Source: Escherichia coli
GTDB lineage: Bacteria; Pseudomonadota; Gammaproteobacteria; Enterobacterales; Enterobacteriaceae
Assembly (NCBI RefSeq): GCF_003334355.1
Contig: NZ_QOWP01000013.1
Direction: 5' to 3' (one strand)
Length of the DNA stretch: 64,000 nt
Shown here: piece by piece, positions 55,008-64,000 of the stretch
How the letters are laid out: each line of letters starts with the position of its first letter
How positions within the stretch are numbered: the first letter of the stretch is position 1
Notes under the pieces: model-generated
What the model saw: the letters and a program-made list of their open reading frames with translations, nothing else
What the model was told of the DNA's origin: nothing
Databases searched by the model: none
Made by a program: the position numbers and the translations under genes

Positions 55008-55044
55008 TTGCTATAACAAGGCTTGCAGTGGAATAATGAGGCCG
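55008..55044 (+). promoter_or_regulatory. rne P1 promoter (-35 TTGCTA, -10 AATAAT, start near 55044)
   Basis: Hexamers with 18-bp spacing placed so the leader is the 361 nt I recall for rne. Confidence 0.5.
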
Positions 55045-55404
55045 TTTCCGTGTCCATCCTTGTTAAAACAAGAAATTTTACGGAATAACCCATTTTGCCC
55101 GACCGATCATCCACGCAGCAATGGCGTAAGACGTATTGATCTTTCAGGCAGTTAGCGGGCTGCGGGTTGCAGTCCTTACCGGTAGATGGAAATATTTCTG
55201 GAGAGTAATACCCAGTCTGTTTCTTTGATAATTGCGCTGTTTTTCCGCATGAAAAACGGGCAACCGACACTCTGCGCCTCTTTGAGCTGACGATAACCGT
55301 GAGGTTGGCGACGCGACTAGACACGAGGCCATCGGTTCACACCCGGAAAGGCGTTACTTTGCCCGCAGCTTAGTCGTCAATGTAAGAATAATGAGTAAGT
55401 TACG
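55044..55404 (+). promoter_or_regulatory. rne 5-prime untranslated leader (RNase E autoregulatory element)
   Basis: Long non-coding stretch directly upstream of rne; sequence (GUUUCCGUGUCCAUCCUUGUUAAAACAAG...) matches the rne leader as I recall it. Confidence 0.7.
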
Positions 55405-58400
55405 ATGAAAAGAATGTTAATCAACGCAACTCAGCAGGAAGAGTTGCGCGTTGCCCTTGTAGATGGGCAGCGTCTGTATGACCTGGATATCGAAAGTCCA
55501 GGGCACGAGCAGAAAAAGGCAAACATCTACAAAGGTAAAATCACCCGCATTGAACCGAGTCTGGAAGCTGCTTTTGTTGATTACGGCGCTGAACGTCACG
55601 GTTTCCTCCCACTAAAAGAAATTGCCCGCGAATATTTCCCTGCTAACTACAGTGCTCATGGTCGTCCCAACATTAAAGATGTGTTGCGTGAAGGTCAGGA
55701 AGTCATTGTTCAGATCGATAAAGAAGAGCGCGGCAACAAAGGCGCGGCATTAACCACCTTTATCAGTCTGGCGGGTAGCTATCTGGTTCTGATGCCGAAC
55801 AACCCGCGCGCGGGTGGCATTTCTCGCCGTATCGAAGGCGACGACCGTACCGAATTAAAAGAAGCACTGGCAAGCCTTGAACTGCCGGAAGGCATGGGGC
55901 TTATCGTGCGCACCGCTGGCGTCGGCAAATCTGCTGAGGCGCTGCAATGGGATTTAAGCTTCCGTCTGAAACACTGGGAAGCCATCAAAAAAGCCGCTGA
56001 AAGCCGCCCGGCCCCGTTCCTGATTCATCAGGAGAGCAACGTAATCGTTCGCGCATTCCGCGATTACTTACGTCAGGACATCGGCGAAATCCTTATCGAT
56101 AACCCGAAAGTGCTCGAACTGGCACGTCAGCATATCGCTGCATTAGGTCGCCCGGATTTCAGCAGCAAAATCAAACTGTACACCGGCGAGATCCCGCTGT
56201 TCAGCCACTACCAGATCGAGTCACAGATCGAGTCCGCCTTCCAGCGTGAAGTTCGTCTGCCGTCTGGTGGTTCCATTGTTATCGACAGCACCGAAGCGTT
56301 AACGGCCATCGACATCAACTCCGCACGCGCGACCCGCGGCGGCGATATCGAAGAAACCGCGTTTAACACTAACCTCGAAGCTGCCGATGAGATTGCTCGT
56401 CAGCTGCGCCTGCGTGACCTCGGCGGCCTGATTGTTATCGACTTCATCGACATGACGCCAGTACGCCACCAGCGTGCGGTAGAAAACCGTCTGCGTGAAG
56501 CGGTGCGTCAGGACCGTGCGCGTATTCAAATCAGCCATATTTCTCGCTTTGGCCTGCTGGAAATGTCCCGTCAGCGCCTGAGCCCATCACTGGGTGAATC
56601 CAGCCATCACGTCTGCCCGCGCTGCTCCGGTACCGGTACCGTGCGTGACAACGAATCGCTGTCGCTCTCTATTCTGCGTCTGATCGAAGAAGAAGCGCTG
56701 AAAGAGAACACCCAGGAAGTTCACGCCATTGTTCCTGTGCCAATCGCTTCTTATCTGCTGAATGAAAAACGTTCTGCGGTGAATGCCATTGAAACGCGTC
56801 AGGACGGTGTTCGCTGCGTGATTGTGCCAAACGATCAGATGGAAACCCCGCACTACCACGTGCTGCGCGTGCGTAAAGGGGAAGAAACGCCGACCTTAAG
56901 CTACATGCTGCCGAAGCTGCATGAAGAAGCGATGGCGCTGCCGTCTGAAGAAGAGTTCGCTGAACGTAAGCGTCCGGAACAACCTGCGCTGGCAACCTTT
57001 GCCATGCCGGATGTGCCGCCAGCGCCAACCCCAGCTGAACCTGCCGCGCCTGTCGTAGCCCCAGCACCTAAATCTGCACCGGCAACACCAGCCGCTCCTG
57101 CCCAACCTGGGCTGTTGAGCCGCTTCTTCGGCGCACTGAAAGCGCTGTTCAGCGGTGGTGAAGAAACCAAACCGTCCGAGCAACCAACACCGAAAGCAGA
57201 AGCGAAACCGGAACGTCAACAGGATCGTCGCAAGCCTCGTCAGAACAACCGCCGTGACCGTAATGAGCGCCGCGACACCCGTAGTGAACGTACTGAAGGC
57301 AGCGATAATCGCGAAGAAAACCGTCGTAATCGCCGCCAGGCACAGCAGCAGACTGCCGAGACGCGTGAGAGCCGTCAGCAGGCTGAGGTAACGGAAAAAG
57401 CGCGTACCACCGACGAGCAGCAAGCGCCGCGTCGTGAACGTAGCCGCCGCCGTAATGATGATAAACGTCAGGCGCAACAAGAAGCGAAGGCGCTGAATGT
57501 TGAAGAGCAATCTGTTCAGGAAACCGAACAGGAAGAACGTGTACGTCCGGTTCAGCCGCGTCGTAAACAGCGTCAGCTCAATCAGAAAGTGCGTTACGAG
57601 CAAAGCGTAGCCGAAGAAGCGGTAGTCGCACCGGTGGTTGAAGAAACTGTCGCTGCCGAACCAATTGTTCAGGAAGCGCCAGCTCCACGCACAGAACTGG
57701 TGAAAGTCCCGCTGCCAGTCGTAGCGCAAACTGCACCAGAACAGCAAGAAGAGAACAATGCTGATAACCGTGACAACGGTGGCATGCCGCGTCGTTCTCG
57801 CCGCTCGCCTCGTCACCTGCGCGTAAGTGGTCAGCGTCGTCGTCGCTATCGTGACGAGCGTTATCCAACCCAGTCGCCAATGCCGTTGACCGTAGCGTGC
57901 GCGTCTCCGGAACTGGCCTCTGGCAAAGTCTGGATCCGCTATCCAATTGTACGTCCGCAAGATGTACAGGTTGAAGAGCAGCGCGAACAGGAAGAAGTAC
58001 ATGTGCAGCCGATGGTGACTGAGGTCCCTGTCGCCGCCGCTATCGAACCGGTTGTTAGCGCGCCAGTTGTTGAAGAAGTGGCCGGTGTCGTAGAAGCCCC
58101 CGTTCAGGTTGCCGAACCGCAACCGGAAGTGGTTGAAACGACGCATCCTGAAGTGATTGCTGCCGCGGTAACTGAACAGCCGCAGGTGATTACCGAGTCT
58201 GATATTGCCGTAGCCCAGGAAGTTGCAGAACAAGCAGAACCGGTGGTTGAACCGCAGGAAGAGACGGCAGATATTGAAGAAGTTGTCGAAACTGCTGAGG
58301 TTGTAGTTGCTGAACCTGAAATTGTTGCTCAACCTGCCGCGCCAGTAGTCGCTGAAGTCGCAGCAGAAGTTGAAACGGTAGCTGCGGTCGAACCTGAGGT

Positions 58401-58590
58401 CACCGTTGAGCATAACCACGCTACCGCGCCAATGACGCGCGCTCCAGCACCGGAATATGTTCCGGAGGCACCGCGTCACAGTGACTGGCAGCGCCCTACT
58501 TTTGCCTTCGAAGGTAAAGGTGCCGCAGGTGGTCATACGGCAACACATCATGCCTCTGCCGCTCCTGCGCGTCCGCAACCTGTTGAGTAA
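55405..58590 (+). CDS. rne: Ribonuclease E
   Basis: 1061-aa [33 protein letters not shown]...; S1 domain; Arg-rich and acidic C-terminal scaffold. Confidence 0.97.
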   Translation: MKRMLINATQQEELRVALVDGQRLYDLDIESPGHEQKKANIYKGKITRIEPSLEAAFVDYGAERHGFLPLKEIAREYFPANYSAHGRPNIKDVLREGQEVIVQIDKEERGNKGAALTTFISLAGSYLVLMPNNPRAGGISRRIEGDDRTELKEALASLELPEGMGLIVRTAGVGKSAEALQWDLSFRLKHWEAIKKAAESRPAPFLIHQESNVIVRAFRDYLRQDIGEILIDNPKVLELARQHIAALGRPDFSSKIKLYTGEIPLFSHYQIESQIESAFQREVRLPSGGSIVIDSTEALTAIDINSARATRGGDIEETAFNTNLEAADEIARQLRLRDLGGLIVIDFIDMTPVRHQRAVENRLREAVRQDRARIQISHISRFGLLEMSRQRLSPSLGESSHHVCPRCSGTGTVRDNESLSLSILRLIEEEALKENTQEVHAIVPVPIASYLLNEKRSAVNAIETRQDGVRCVIVPNDQMETPHYHVLRVRKGEETPTLSYMLPKLHEEAMALPSEEEFAERKRPEQPALATFAMPDVPPAPTPAEPAAPVVAPAPKSAPATPAAPAQPGLLSRFFGALKALFSGGEETKPSEQPTPKAEAKPERQQDRRKPRQNNRRDRNERRDTRSERTEGSDNREENRRNRRQAQQQTAETRESRQQAEVTEKARTTDEQQAPRRERSRRRNDDKRQAQQEAKALNVEEQSVQETEQEERVRPVQPRRKQRQLNQKVRYEQSVAEEAVVAPVVEETVAAEPIVQEAPAPRTELVKVPLPVVAQTAPEQQEENNADNRDNGGMPRRSRRSPRHLRVSGQRRRRYRDERYPTQSPMPLTVACASPELASGKVWIRYPIVRPQDVQVEEQREQEEVHVQPMVTEVPVAAAIEPVVSAPVVEEVAGVVEAPVQVAEPQPEVVETTHPEVIAAAVTEQPQVITESDIAVAQEVAEQAEPVVEPQEETADIEEVVETAEVVVAEPEIVAQPAAPVVAEVAAEVETVAAVEPEVTVEHNHATAPMTRAPAPEYVPEAPRHSDWQRPTFAFEGKGAAGGHTATHHASAAPARPQPVE

Positions 58591-58610
58591 TAATTAGCTC
58601 AAAGTAATCA

Positions 58611-58641
58611 AGCCCTGGTAACTGCCAGGGCTTTTTTATTT
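58611..58641 (+). terminator. rne terminator
   Basis: Hairpin AGCCCTGG-TAACT-GCCAGGGCT followed by TTTTTTATTT. Confidence 0.8.
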
Positions 58642-58785
58642 CATCTTTGAATCAACATATTAAAATTCATCGAATGGCATCCTTGCTAACCAACAATGCA
58701 AAATAGGCAAAAAAATGCCCGCCCCAGCGATCCCAGAGCAGGCAGACAAAACATACCCAGTTTCATGATATGTTTTAAAGCGAAA

Positions 58786-59739
58786 TTATTTGTTGAGCTG
58801 GAAGAGCGACAATCCCTGCATATCGGTAAATGCTTTATACGATGCCTGCAATGCCGTTTGCTGCATGATGTAAGATGAAATAGTTGCATTCCAATCCACA
58901 TCAACCAGATCGCTCATCTGCTGCGTTTGCCCTAAAGCGCGATCGCTACCTAATGAATCCAGCGACTCCAGTTCGTTCAGCTGCGTGCCTAATTCCGCGC
59001 GAACAGTCAGCACATTGTTCAGCGAGTTTTTCAGTCCGCGGTTGGTTTTATCTAACGCCGCAGCGGCGGTTTCTTTATCCGCTTCGCTATCCGCGACCGG
59101 CGTTTTCAGGGCTGCGATGGCACTATCCAGCATGGCAAAAAGATTGGTTTCAGAAGCGCTACCGTCTGGTTCCGCTACCGCGTTGCTGGTAATACTGTCG
59201 AAAATTTTGTCACCCGTGTGCCCTATCACCATCGAACGCGAAGCATCGACCTGTTGCTTAATACTTTCTGTTCCGCCGACATAATCACCGTTAGCCTCAC
59301 TAAACGGCGCAGTTTCTGTTTTATAACCGGCAAAAATGTAACGCCCGTTACCGTCAGTGGTGTTCGCCAGATTCAGCAACTGGTCACGAAGCCCCTGAAT
59401 ATCCGTAGCCAGCGAGGCCCGGTCATCGTCACTCAAGGTGCCATTGCTGGCGTAGACAATTTTTTCCTGAGCATTCTGGATAGCAGTGGTGACCTGGCTA
59501 AGTACACTCTCTTCCAGTGACACTTTTTGAGTGGCGAAAGTACGTGCCAGCGTGTACTGGCTGTTTTGCGCCTGTGCCTGGGAGAGAACTACGGCTTGTG
59601 ATGCTGCAATGGGATCGTCAGAAGGGTTAACGACTCGCTTACCTGTCGACATCTGCTCGCCGTACTTCATCCATTCTGCCTGAGAATTGGTGATGCCACG
59701 CATGTTTTGCTGGTACATCATCTGGGTACTGAAACGCAT
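58786..59739 (-). CDS. flgL: Flagellar hook-associated protein 3 FlgL
   Basis: 317-aa ORF; flagellin-like N and C termini. Confidence 0.95.
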   Translation of the reverse strand: MRFSTQMMYQQNMRGITNSQAEWMKYGEQMSTGKRVVNPSDDPIAASQAVVLSQAQAQNSQYTLARTFATQKVSLEESVLSQVTTAIQNAQEKIVYASNGTLSDDDRASLATDIQGLRDQLLNLANTTDGNGRYIFAGYKTETAPFSEANGDYVGGTESIKQQVDASRSMVIGHTGDKIFDSITSNAVAEPDGSASETNLFAMLDSAIAALKTPVADSEADKETAAAALDKTNRGLKNSLNNVLTVRAELGTQLNELESLDSLGSDRALGQTQQMSDLVDVDWNATISSYIMQQTALQASYKAFTDMQGLSLFQLNK

Positions 59740-59750
59740 CTTATCTCCCC

Positions 59751-61394
59751 TTAGCGAATGTTAATCAGCGCATCAAAAATCGCGTTTGCCGTCTGCAGAA
59801 CCTGCGCATTCGCCAGGTAATACTGCTGAAAACGTTGCAGATTTCCGTACTCCTCATCGAGATTGACACCGGAAATCGACTGCTGCTGATTGGAAAGCTG
59901 CGTCACCACATTACCTTGCGTGGTGCTACTGGTTTTCAACGTCGCGGTTTTATTACCGATATCACTCACTAACGAGGCATAAGCGTCGTTAAAGGATTTC
60001 GCACCGCCCACCGTTTTACTGTTGCTTTGCAGATCCAGCAGGGCCTGACCGTTGCGGTTGTCGCTATCACCCGCATCTTCTTCGCTCGCCATCGCGATTT
60101 TCGCTTCGTCGGTGATTAATACATCCATGTTGACGATGGCGTCACTTACTGGTTTCAGCGTGAAGCTGTCGTTAACGGCAGGCGTTCCTGTAAACGTCAA
60201 CTCCAGACCATCAAATGCCACTTTACCGTTGGCATCCAGCGTCACCGTAAAAGTGGTATTGCTGGCAAGGCGGGTGACCTGCCACTGATTATTATCGAAC
60301 GAGATTTTGTAATCTGTCGCCAGTACCGCGGAGGCATCAGTTACCGTGGCACCGATCGCAACGTCACCTTTGTTTTTCGTGTTTTGCAGAACCGCGGGCT
60401 TACCGATAGCAAAGAAATCTTCACCGGCATCGCCGTTAGCATCAAATCCGGCTTTGTGTTGGGTGTTGAAAGCCTCGGCAAATGCCAGCGCCAGTTGTCC
60501 AAGCGTATTACGCGTCTGGTCCAGATCCTGAGAACGGAATGTCAGAATGCCGCCCAGCGACCCGGTATTCAGTAATTTCTCCGGGATCTCAATATTGCCT
60601 GCCGTCCCATCAACATAAGCGACAGTCGTACGAGAAGGGTCAGCGCTGGAAGGAACTGCCGCCAGTTGCCGCGCCGTACTTCCCTGAACCAGTGAGTAAC
60701 CATTGGCCATCGTGATGTTATAAGTGCCGCCATCCTGAACGCTGACTTCTACACCAACAATCTGGTTTAATTCGCTCACCAGTTGATCGCGTTGATCCAG
60801 CAGATTGTTAGGTGACGCCCCTGCCCCCACGCCTGTCAGGCGCGAGATTTGATCGTTCAGGCTGGCAATTTGTTTAGCGTAGTTGTTGATCTGATCAACG
60901 CTGGCACCTATCGCGATATTGACCTGTTTGTCCTGGTCGCGCAGATATTGATCGGTGGTTTTAAACTGATTCACCAATCCTTCTGATTTCCCAATCAGCG
61001 CCTGGCGCGCTGCCGGGTCTTCCGCGTTACTCACCAGCGTTTGCAGGCTGGTGAAGAAATCCTGCATCTGTGTTGCCAGCGAAGAGGTACTGGTGGAGAG
61101 CATATTGTCGATTTTCGACATCTGCTCATAGCGGGCAGTCAGACCGCTACTTTGCGTCTGCGCCGCACGTAACTGGTTGGTAATAAACGCATCATACTCA
61201 CGCTGCACACCAGAATCGTAGACACCATTGCCAACCCAGCCGCCAGCGCCCAACGTGCTATTGGCCTGCGCCATAATAGTGGTTTGGCGGGTATATCCGG
61301 CAACGTTATAGCTGGAGATATTATTACTTGCCGTATTTAACGCCGCCTGGGCCGCGTTCAGTCCGCTCATGGCGTTATTAATCAAGCTGGACAT
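59751..61394 (-). CDS. flgK: Flagellar hook-associated protein 1 FlgK
   Basis: 547-aa ORF MSSLINNAMSGLNAAQAALNTASNNISSYNVAGYTRQ... Confidence 0.95.
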   Translation of the reverse strand: MSSLINNAMSGLNAAQAALNTASNNISSYNVAGYTRQTTIMAQANSTLGAGGWVGNGVYDSGVQREYDAFITNQLRAAQTQSSGLTARYEQMSKIDNMLSTSTSSLATQMQDFFTSLQTLVSNAEDPAARQALIGKSEGLVNQFKTTDQYLRDQDKQVNIAIGASVDQINNYAKQIASLNDQISRLTGVGAGASPNNLLDQRDQLVSELNQIVGVEVSVQDGGTYNITMANGYSLVQGSTARQLAAVPSSADPSRTTVAYVDGTAGNIEIPEKLLNTGSLGGILTFRSQDLDQTRNTLGQLALAFAEAFNTQHKAGFDANGDAGEDFFAIGKPAVLQNTKNKGDVAIGATVTDASAVLATDYKISFDNNQWQVTRLASNTTFTVTLDANGKVAFDGLELTFTGTPAVNDSFTLKPVSDAIVNMDVLITDEAKIAMASEEDAGDSDNRNGQALLDLQSNSKTVGGAKSFNDAYASLVSDIGNKTATLKTSSTTQGNVVTQLSNQQQSISGVNLDEEYGNLQRFQQYYLANAQVLQTANAIFDALINIR

Positions 61395-61427
61395 GGAGGT
61401 TCCTTATAAGCCTTCAATTACAGAGTA

Positions 61428-61454
61428 TTATCGGCAGCGACCCGCCGGACTTGA
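61428..61454 (-). promoter_or_regulatory. Sigma-28 (FliA) class 3 promoter of flgKL
   Basis: Minus strand reads TCAAGTCC-N11-GCCGATAA in the flgJ-flgK intergenic region (consensus TAAAGTTT-N11-GCCGATAA). Confidence 0.65.
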
Positions 61455-61459
61455 GTTAT

Positions 61460-62401
61460 TCAGAACAGATTATCAATGTTCATACTGTAGGTTTTGCTCA
61501 CCTTGTCGCTTATCGATTTCATCTGCTGAATCATGTTGGTGAGTTTGCGGGCATAGTGAGGATCGGTGGCATAGCCCGCGTCCTGTAGGGCCTGCGCCCC
61601 CTGTTCCGCACTCGCGGCGGTCGTCACGGCGGCGTAGCGCGGGTTACGCGTTAACAGCCCAACGTAATCCGACAAGGCTTCCAGATACGAGCTGTAGACG
61701 CGAAACTTCGCTTTTACTTTCTTCGCTTCGCCGTTTTCATATTCAGTCGTGGTGATTTCAGTAACTGGCCCTTTCCAGTTGCCAGAGGCTTTGACACCAA
61801 ACAGGTTATAGCTCGGCTCGCCGTTTTCGCGGCGGATTTGCCGTTGCCCCCAACCAGATTCCAGTGCCGCCTGAGCGAGGATCAAATGATGTGGCACACC
61901 GCTTTGCTGGCTTGCCAGTTGGGCGGGCAGCGAGAGTTGCGCGAGGAATGCTTTACTGTCACCCGGCAGCGAATCATCGTAGTTACGTGGCACGGCCTTT
62001 TGCACCAGCTGCGAAAGCGCCTGATTTTGATAACGCACCACAGTTTCGAGCGGGAATTTCATCGGTGCTGCTGGCGTGGACTCCTCTGGCAATGGTTGTT
62101 CTGGCGTCATCTGTTTAACCATCATCTCTGCAAGCCCCAGACCTTTGCCCGCCGTCATCTGTTGGGCAATCTGCTGGTCATACATACTGGTATACAGGCG
62201 AGTGTGCTCGCTGCTGAACAGGCCATCTTTTGGTAAAGCGTCGCGCATGCTTTTCAACATCATCTGCACGAACATCCCTTCCACCTGACGGGCCACCGGA
62301 CGGATATTTGCCGCCGGATCTTCGCCCGCTTTCGCCTTTAGTTCGTTGAGTGATTGCGCATCCCAGGCCGCACTTGCCAGTAGTTTGCTGTCGCTGATCA
62401 T
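61460..62401 (-). CDS. flgJ: Flagellar rod-assembly protein / peptidoglycan hydrolase FlgJ
   Basis: Start set at [22 protein letters not shown] for 313 aa. Confidence 0.9.
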   Translation of the reverse strand: MISDSKLLASAAWDAQSLNELKAKAGEDPAANIRPVARQVEGMFVQMMLKSMRDALPKDGLFSSEHTRLYTSMYDQQIAQQMTAGKGLGLAEMMVKQMTPEQPLPEESTPAAPMKFPLETVVRYQNQALSQLVQKAVPRNYDDSLPGDSKAFLAQLSLPAQLASQQSGVPHHLILAQAALESGWGQRQIRRENGEPSYNLFGVKASGNWKGPVTEITTTEYENGEAKKVKAKFRVYSSYLEALSDYVGLLTRNPRYAAVTTAASAEQGAQALQDAGYATDPHYARKLTNMIQQMKSISDKVSKTYSMNIDNLF

Positions 62402-63498
62402 CAGATGATTTCCAGTTTTGCCCGCAGACATCCCGCACTTTGCATTGATTGCAGTATGGACATCAGATCCATCGGCGTAGCGCCCAGCGCATTGAGCGCG
62501 CGCACCACGTTATTGAGGCTGGCGCTGGAACGTACGCTTTGCAGCGAACCGCCGCTCTGGCGTAAATCGATCTGCGTTTGTGGAGTAACCACAGTCTGTC
62601 CACCACCAAACGGTGTATCTGGCTGGCTGACATTGGCCTGACGATTAACTGTTACTGAGAGATTCCCCTGCGCTACCGCGCAGCTGTCGAGGGTCACTTC
62701 GCGATTCATCACCACCGAACCGGTGCGCGAGTTAATCACTACTTTAGCGTCCTGCGGGGTGACATTAACCTGCATATTCTGAATATCGGCAAGGAAGCGG
62801 ACCTGGGAACTGTTGCCACTCGGTACGCGCACCTGAATAGTCCGCGCATCTAACGCGGTGGCGCTGCCATATCCACGCACGCGGTTGATGGTGTCAGCGA
62901 TTTGCTGCGCCATGCTGAAATCTTCGTCGTTAAGTTGCAAATTAAGGGTATTCCCGACGCCAAACTGGCTGGGCAATTCACGTTCAATAACCGCACCATT
63001 GGTGATCCGTCCACCGTTCAGTTGGTTAACCTGAACACTGCTACCGCCAGCGGAGGCTCCTGCGCCGCCAACCAGAATATTGCCCTGCGCCAGCGCATAC
63101 ACCTGACTGTCAACGCCCTTAAGCGGTGTCATCAACAACGTACCTCCACGCAAGCTTTTGGCATTTCCCATGGAAGAAACCACCACATCGATGGTTTGCC
63201 CCTGACGTCCAAACGGAGGAAGTGACGCTGTCACCATTACCGCAGCGACGTTTTTTAGCTGCATATTGGTGCCCGTCGGAACGGTAATTCCCAGCTGTGA
63301 GAGCATGTTATTAAGCGTTTGTGTGGTAAACGGCGTCTGTGTTGTCTGGTCACCGGTGCCATCCAGCCCCACCACCAGACCATAGCCAATCAGTGAGTTT
63401 TGCCTTACCCCCTGAACACTGGTGAGATCGCGAATACGCTCAGCCTGAGCCGCCGTCGTGACCAGTAGAAGAATTAATGCAGAGAGAAATTTAATCAC
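62401..63498 (-). CDS. flgI: Flagellar P-ring protein FlgI
   Basis: GTG start gives the 365-aa product ([19 protein letters not shown]). Confidence 0.9.
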
Positions 63499-63509
63499 CA
63501 CAGCCTCAC

Positions 63510-64000
63510 TTACATTGGCGACAGGTTAAGGAAGAAACGCTGCAACCAGCCCATATTTTGCGCTTCGTTAATGTAGCCATTGCCTACGTATTCAATGCGC
63601 GCATCCGCCACCTGAGTAGACGGTACGGTATTGCTGCCGCTGATAGTGCGTGGATTAACCACGCCAGAGAAGCGAATAAATTCGGTACCCTGATTAATGG
63701 CAATCTGTTTTTCACCCACCACATGCAGGTTGCCGTTGACCAGTACCTGGTCAACCGTCACCGTCAACGTGCCGCTAAAGGTATTGCTGGCATTGGCCCC
63801 GCCCTTTCCGTTGAACGTGTTACCACCGGAGGCTTCGACATCGGCACGAGCGTTACCAAACAGCCCCTGCAAATAGCGCGGCACAGTATCAAAGCCAAAA
63901 TTAGTTTTACCGTCACGGCTGGCATTCGCAGAGGAGCTTTTGCTGGCGCTGACGTTCTCCTGCAACACGATGGTCAGCGTATCGCCAATATTGCGTGGTC
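63510..64000 (-). CDS. flgH: Flagellar L-ring protein FlgH (5-prime end lies beyond the window)
   Basis: Frame is open to the window edge; C-terminal sequence ...[27 protein letters not shown]. Confidence 0.9.

Noticed and set aside
54950-55324. 124-aa minus-strand ORF between rluC and rne
   Set aside because: Falls inside the rne 5-prime leader; no ribosome-binding site; sequence is the antisense of a known structured UTR.
56896-58578. 560-aa minus-strand ORF (plus 3535-4716, 40473-41597, 49529-50410, 8300-8908, 33097-33735 and similar long ORFs)
   Set aside because: Each lies antisense to and wholly within a well-conserved gene (rne, icd, ptsG, fabD/fabH, purB, ndh). They are shadow ORFs with low-complexity or Arg/Cys-rich translations and no start signals.

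Overview
This window reads as ordinary, well-characterised Escherichia coli (K-12-like) core chromosome, in reverse orientation relative to MG1655 numbering; I found no novel or undescribed system. Gene order: [IS3 end]-bluF(truncated)-bluR-ycgX-iraM-icd-rluE-nudJ-mnmA-hflD-purB-phoPQ-roxA-pepT-potABCD-ymfA-ycfZ-cobB-nagK-lolEDC-ycfT-mfd-ldtC-bhsA-comR-ycfJ-ndh-ycfP-nagZ-thiK-lpoB-ycfL-hinT-fhuE-ptsG-ycfH-holB-tmk-mltG-pabC-fabF-acpP-fabG-fabD-fabH-plsX-rpmF-yceD-yceF-rluC-rne-flgLKJIH(partial). All calls rest on my recall of protein sequences, lengths and synteny applied to the supplied ORF track; no database search was run, and gene starts were adjusted to match remembered product lengths. 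No rRNA, tRNA or CRISPR array is visible. The departures from a textbook K-12 arrangement are: (1) the first 77 nt are the terminal inverted repeat of an IS3 element whose body lies upstream of the window, and it truncates bluF; (2) icd carries no e14 prophage and appears to have the ancestral 3-prime end; (3) iraM sits in an AT-rich segment bounded by two imperfect copies of a 45-bp terminator-like repeat. Other observations are REP/BIME clusters, a perfect PhoP box, the ptsG and rne leaders and a sigma-28 flgK promoter.
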